A stretch of DNA of 64,000 nucleotides, taken from positions 40,214-104,213 of the IMG/VR virus record IMGVR_UViG_3300031521_000027; one strand, 5' to 3'. A model generated the notes under the pieces. It was not told the origin of the DNA. It did no database searches and saw only the letters and a list, made by a program, of their open reading frames with translations. Each line of letters opens with the position of its first letter. The stretch's first letter is position 1. Positions 58,481 to 64,000 of this stretch are shown in pieces. Made by a program: the position numbers and the translations under genes. Origin of the DNA: a virus.

Positions 58481-61400
58481 AGGACCACATGAAGAAGGCT
58501 GAGGACGCGCTGGAGGCTGCTGCTGAGCCCGGGACGTACCGATCCGACGTGCTGGTTCTCCAGTACGCCTTGGCACAGGCAGAGGGCACCCTTGCCGTCG
58601 CGCACGAGCTGCGCCTGCTCAGGGAATCCATGGAGGGGCGCTGATGGGCAAGCACGACATGAGCCAGCTGCGCACTGAGACGGGATGCACCGCCTCTGTG
58701 TGGTACCAGCACCCCGAGATCGGGGAGCGTCCTGTGGGCGTCTACCTGCGCCTTGCCATGGACGAGAACCTGCCCAATGGGGTGCGCTCTGCTGAGCTGC
58801 GCCTGACCGAGATCGAGGCCATGGAGTTGGCCAAGAACCTGCTGGAAGCAACGAAGGGAAGCATGGAATGAGCAAGCTCTACAAGGTAGGCATCACCATC
58901 ACGGAGGTCGAGACCGAAGAGGTCAACAGGGACCGCTACGACAAGGTCACCACGTCGGGCAGGAACGCCACCACGGTGCTGCTGGAGGGCACCTATGCAC
59001 TGGACACCATCCAGAAGATGGCAGCCCCTCAGATCGTCACGAACTTCCTGCTGGCGCTCGCGGGCGATGGCACGGGCGACCTGCTGAGGGGGCTGTGATG
59101 GCACATCCCGGGATCAAGGTCTTGACCGACGAGATCGCTAAGACGACCAAGCTGCGCGACGATGCCACCACGCACGCCGAGCACGCAAGGGCCAGCGCAC
59201 GGGCATGGGAAGAGGCTGTCCCGCGCCACCAGAAGCACATCGACGAGCTGGCTGAGGCACTGATCGTGCTGAAGAAGGCGCTCTGATGGGTGCCATGGGA
59301 GTCATGTACTACGAGGTCCAGTGCGACCACGTCAACCCTGAGGGGGTGCGCTGCGCGACCAAGACGTCCGATCTGGGCCATGACTTCAGCGCGTGGGCCG
59401 ACCATGGGCAGGCACTGGACGACTGGCTGAGCCACGATGGCAGCTACGACGAGAAGACGGGCGAGACGTTCTGCTACGACCACATCCCGAAGTGCGCTGG
59501 CTGCGGCATCCTGTTGGTCGACGAGGAGCATGAGGACGACTGCCCCACGTGGGTGAAGGACCCGTACAACGCGAAGGCGCTGCTGGACGGCAAGCCGGTG
59601 GACTCATGAGCGACGAGCTGCTGGGCTACACCGAGATGGACGGCGACATCGTCACCCATCTCGCGCCTGTGCGGGACGTGGATGGGCCGAAGAACCTGAG
59701 GGTCGTGGCGCTGTGCCACAACATCCTGCCGAGGAGCCGCTACCAGCTGGGTCGACTTGAGGTCGACTGGAAGCAGGCTGAGGCCACCTACAAGAGCGCC
59801 ATCGAGGCGCGCACCCACTGGCTGCACCAGAAGGGGCTGTGCCGGAAGTGCTGGGTACGGATCGACGCCTTGGCACGCCGGGAGCAGAAGGACGCAGGGC
59901 CGAAGCATGACCTGTCCGTGGTCGAGCTGTTCGGGGAGCCGCACCGCAAGGTGACCTTCGAGGTGAAGGACGCTTGACGCTAGGTAGGTACATGGCCTAT
60001 CCTAGAGACATGATTCTGAGGAGCAACTGATGGGCAAGGCCGACGGCTACACCGGCACCTTCAAGAGGGCCACGGCGAGTACCTCCGACCTGACCCTGTG
60101 CTTGGGCGACCTGCGCGAGCTGGTGGTGCACACCGAGGGCATGGGGGATGCGGCCATGGTGACCGTGTCGGCGCTGTCCCAGTCGCACACCACCGTGGGC
60201 GAGTGCTACCTGAAGCGCCTGTGGGTGCGGGAAGAGCAGGTGGACTGATGGGCGCGATCTTCCCGGGCATCGAAGCCAAGTACCGGAACCTGTGTCAGGA
60301 GTTCGACCCCGAGAGCGGCTTCGCCTGCGACTACCCGCGTGGGCACGTCCCGCTCAGGGTGTCCAAGGCGAGTGGGGTGCTGGAGTACGCCCATGGCAGC
60401 CAGCGTGGTCAGGTGTGGTGGGGCCCTGTTCCTGCCGTGCCGCTGTACCCGGAGCCGCCTGTGGAGAAGACCCACCGTGAGAAGGCGCAGGCGGCACTGA
60501 GGGTCGCCCTGACCCCTCGTGCTGCCACGTCCACGGAAGCGCCGGGCACCCAGATCATGATGCTGATGGGCATCGGTGAGGCCTTGCTGGCGCTCGAAGA
60601 GACCATCCGTACCCGGTCAGAGCCCGACCTCTCCGACGAGCACGTTGCTACGACGCTGAACTCCATGCTGACAAGGGACGATGAGCCGGGCCCTGTGGTG
60701 GGCTGCAAGAGCGTGCGTGACGGCAAGCTGCCCTGCCCGGAGCGGTTCAACAGGGGTGAGCGCGCAGAGGACCGGGCCCGGTGGTGCCGGTTCTGCAAGG
60801 CGACTGTCCCGGACTACGACCCGAAGCCCCGGAACTACGAGCAGGAGAGGGGCTTCTGATGGGTACCCCGAGCACGGGCGTCTGCAAGCACTGCGGAGGC
60901 CAGATCTACTACGACCTGAAGGCCACCTACATCGGTGGGCCGAAGCTGCTGCGCCCAGAGATGGCCGGGATGGACGCGTCCTCCAAGCACCTCGGGCCTG
61001 CGGAATGAGGGCTGCCCACCTGCGGCTGGTGGAGGAGAACCAGATCCCAGCCTCCATCGCCGATCTGGCCGAGGTCGTGCAGCGCGCCGTGGAGGTACGC
61101 ACCGACTGGGAGGGCCTCCAGCTGACCGTGATGCGGGACGGCTCCATCACCTACGACATTCAGGAGAAGAAGGAATGAACGACGAGGAGTACGCCGAGCT
61201 GGCCGATGAGGTGGGCCGCGAGATCGTGGCCGCACTGGAAGCCGCAGGCGAGTACCGGATGCTGTCCTTGCTGGGCACTGCGCCGGGCACGTTCCGCACG
61301 GTGGCCGACGCTGCGATCCGGACCACGCTGGCATGGCGGGACGCTCAGGAGCCGGGCATCTGGGACACGATTGGGCCCAACCTTGCCCGCATCGCCGACG

Positions 61401-62153
61401 CACTGGAGAGCCCGATTGCACCCGTTCAGTCAGGTCGGTGTGGCGCGTCGATGGACGAGGCCATCGGCTTCCGGACGGGTCCGCACAGGGAGAACCTCTG
61501 CTGCGTCCTGCGGGCAGGCCACCGTGGCTGGCACCTTGAGGGCGAAACCGAGTGGAGCAACTGATGGCTGTGGAGAAGCACGAGTACGTCCCGAAGCCGC
61601 GCTGGACCGCAAGCCCCTGCCAGTACAGGCTGCCCCACGGATACGCCTGCATGATGCCCAGCGAGCACGCGATCCACCAGACCTTCGAGCAGATGGTGGC
61701 CGAGTTCGAGGCGGAGTTGGCCAAGCGGGACCGGCTGCTCATGCACGCGGCGTGGGATCTGGGCTGCGACTTCGCGGTGCGTCACCCGGACATGAACGCC
61801 GAGTACTTCCGGTCGGCCAACCCCTACAACGATGTTTCTGAGGAGACCCCGTGACTGCCCCCTACCTGAAGCTGGCCGAAGCTCCGACGCTGACGATCCG
61901 CAGCCCTGACTGCAACGAGTGCGCCGTGGAGGTCACCTCCGACGGTGACGGCTGGATGTGCCTTGTCTGTGGCACCCAGTGGGACTACGACGACGGGGAG
62001 GACACCCCGGGCACCTTGTACGAGGAGTGGTCCGGCGAGTCGCTGGAGGGCGTTCCTCTGCCTCCTGACGTGGCATGGCGCGTGGCCCTCATGCCGAACG
62101 CGTCCGAGCGTCAGGCCAAGGCCGAAGAACTGGTGAAGAAGGAGCTGTCATGA
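58477..62153 (+). other. Run of small coupled hypothetical genes, many Cys/His-rich
   Basis: ATGA/TGATG overlaps at 58477, 58644, 58868, 59286, 59606, 60248, 60859, 61175, 61564, 61851. Confidence 0.65.
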
Positions 62154-62896
62154 GCGAGCCGATCCTGACCACGCTGGCGGGCTCGCACGCCCACGGCATC
62201 AACACCGAGGCCTCCGACTTCGACTACGTGTCGGTGACCATGGCCCCGCTGGAGAGCACCCTCGGGATCGCCCCTGAGGTGAAGACCAAGATCGAGCGGG
62301 ACGCCCCTGACGGGACGCGCGCCGCTGCCGGGGACGTCGAGCACACCACCTACGAGCTGCGCCACTTCCTGAAGCTGGCCACGCAGGGCAACCCGAACAT
62401 CCTCGTGCCACTGTTCTGCGCGCCGGAGCACATCACCCACATCACCAGCGCCGGGATGGGTCTGCGGATGCTGGCCCCTGCGGTCGTGTCGATGCAGGCC
62501 GTCCACCGCCACCTTGGCTATCTGGACGCCCAGTACGGGCGGATGCGGGGGATAGGTCCCCATCAGTCGCGCAAGCCCAGCAGGCCCGAGCTGGTGGAGG
62601 CCCACGGGTACGACACCAAGTACGCCGCGCACGCCCTGAGGCTCGCGTGGCAGGGCATCGATCTGGCCTGTTTCGGGAAGATCGTGCTGCCGATGCGCCT
62701 GACCGAGCAGAAGACCCTGCTGGCGATCCGTGCAGGTCACTGGGAAGAGGCCAAGGTCTGTGAGGTCATTGAGCACAACCGGGACATCCTGCGCGACCAC
62801 GTCAACGGGGTCCTCACCTCCAAGCTGCCCGAGCACCCCGACTACGACGAGATCAACCGCTGGCTGATCCACATCCAGAGGGGACCGCTGAAGTGA
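62150..62896 (+). CDS. Pol-beta-superfamily nucleotidyltransferase (RlaP/YcgL-like)
   Basis: GSHAHG.NTEASDFD, YELRHFL.L...GNPN, GYDTKYAAHALRL, LPEHPD. Confidence 0.85.
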   Translation: MSEPILTTLAGSHAHGINTEASDFDYVSVTMAPLESTLGIAPEVKTKIERDAPDGTRAAAGDVEHTTYELRHFLKLATQGNPNILVPLFCAPEHITHITSAGMGLRMLAPAVVSMQAVHRHLGYLDAQYGRMRGIGPHQSRKPSRPELVEAHGYDTKYAAHALRLAWQGIDLACFGKIVLPMRLTEQKTLLAIRAGHWEEAKVCEVIEHNRDILRDHVNGVLTSKLPEHPDYDEINRWLIHIQRGPLK

Positions 62897-64000
62897 AGAC
62901 GCACTACGCCCGGCAGGGGAGTGCCTCCGTTACGGCGTGCGGTGTGTACCGCGACGCCCCGAAGACGCACCACAAAAGGTCGGTGTCCTGCCTGCGCTGC
63001 CGAGGAACCCATGTCTGGAAGTCGGACGCGTACAAGGAGATGAAGTGAGCGACGAGGAACGCACCTACCTGCCGATCAGCGGGTTGACTGGGGAGAAGAT
63101 GGAGACCCCGCTGGACGAGGATCTCGCCGACGTGCTGATCCGGATGGTCGTGATGACCCCGCTGGAGCACCACCCCGACGTGCAGCGCGTGCTGGCCCGC
63201 TACCGGGTCTCGAAGGGACGGAAGGCATGACCACCCGGTTCCGTCGTGGGAGCAAGGCTCCCGGCCAGCAGGTGAACTGGCACATCGCCGTGCAGGACTA
63301 CAAGAAGGGCGAGATCTACCGGCGCTACCTCGCTCTGTGCGGCTACGAGATCAAGATGCCGTGGGCGACCCGCGCCGAGACCCAGCTCAGCCGCGCCAAG
63401 CGGGTGGACGGGCCGAAGTGCCAGAAGTGCATCAAGAAGCTGGCCGAGGAGACATCGTGACCGATGAGGTCCAGCGCTGCCAGATCGAGGCTCACCCCAA
63501 GACCGAGCACTACCACATCGTCGCCAGCGACGGCTGGGTCATGCCTGCCGGTCAGCACTCCACCCTCCCTTTGGACCGAGGCAAGATCTTCGGCCCTGTT
63601 TTCACGAAAGGACGTATTCGATGACCCTGTTGAGCAAGCCGGAGGGCCTCACCTGCGAGGCTCCCAGCCACAGGTTCCCTGAGCACGGAGACCGCCCTGC
63701 TGCGTTCATCTACGGGCCCGAGTGCGAGCTGGAGACGGGCAAGCTGATGTACCTGTGCAAGTGGCACGCCAAGGCCATCGCTGACTGGATCGCCTCCAAC
63801 CCGAACCGCCCCGTGGAGTGCCCGACCCACGGCATCATCGGCACGGTCAAGTCCGTCGTCGTCCTGAAGGAGATCTGATGGCCGAGCCTCTGACCTTCGC
63901 TGCCATCGAGACCATCTTCGGGGTGCCGTTCACCACGGGCCTGCGTGACGTGCTGTACGAGCGCGCCCACCATGCCCGCAAGGGCTACGACGCCGCCCAC
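62893..64000 (+). other. Small hypothetical genes (63044, 63227, 63457, 63621; last ORF from 63878 truncated)
   Basis: Overlapping starts and stops. Confidence 0.55.

Larger units (their letters stand above)
35072..60010. promoter_or_regulatory. Array of ~20 SigA-type early promoters TTGACN-N17/18-TAnnnT-(A/T)GAGACAT
   Basis: Plus-strand -35 at 35072, 35694, 37266, 38245, 39830, 40794, 48267, 49445, 51038, 51493, 53259, 54083, 54791, 55407, 56025, 57020, 59974; minus-strand at 47604, 48233, 49410; several run directly into an ATG. Confidence 0.9.

Noticed and set aside
35072-60010. Repeated promoter and leader sequences as a CRISPR array or integron attC series
   Set aside because: Irregular gene-sized spacing, degenerate copies that resolve into -35/-10/RBS, and no cas or integrase in the window
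1-64000. tRNA/tmRNA genes, reverse transcriptase/DGR, introns or inteins
   Set aside because: No cloverleaf with a T-loop, no RT motifs and no TR/VR pair seen; PolA, DnaB and RecA are contiguous. Checked by eye only.

Overview
This window is a high-GC segment of a tailed (siphovirus-like) actinobacterial phage genome, almost all on the + strand. No capsid, terminase, integrase, tRNA or CRISPR array is visible. Gene order: 1-10311, end of the tape measure and the tail-tip genes; 10.5-28.2 kb, replication, recombination and transcription (SNF2-like ATPase, two sigma factors, DnaB, possible split primase, delta'/delta clamp-loader-like pair, family A polymerase, SSB, resolvase, RecA, Orn-like nuclease); 28.2-32.4 kb, lysis; 32.7-64 kb, a large accessory region (MazG-like, NADAR, TOPRIM protein, half of SbcC, Zn-dependent deacetylase, SbcD, nucleotidyltransferase and dozens of small genes). 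The strongest signals are cis-acting: (i) three promoter classes, namely about 20 SigA-type cassettes, 10 copies of CTGCG-N15-GGCGTACCAGT and 4 copies of GYCGATCTTC; (ii) a polar 11-mer AWGATTCTGAG in 18 copies; (iii) a palindrome TTTCNNGAAA in about 30 copies including variants, both of these written even into coding sequence; (iv) a PafBC/RecA-NDp-type DNA-damage promoter on the SSB-resolvase-RecA operon; (v) two structured non-coding elements. The best candidate new protein system is a hybrid replisome: PolA with a DnaE-like C-terminal domain, phage delta/delta' subunits and a split AEP-like/CHC2 primase. All assignments come from reading motifs by eye; no searches were run.
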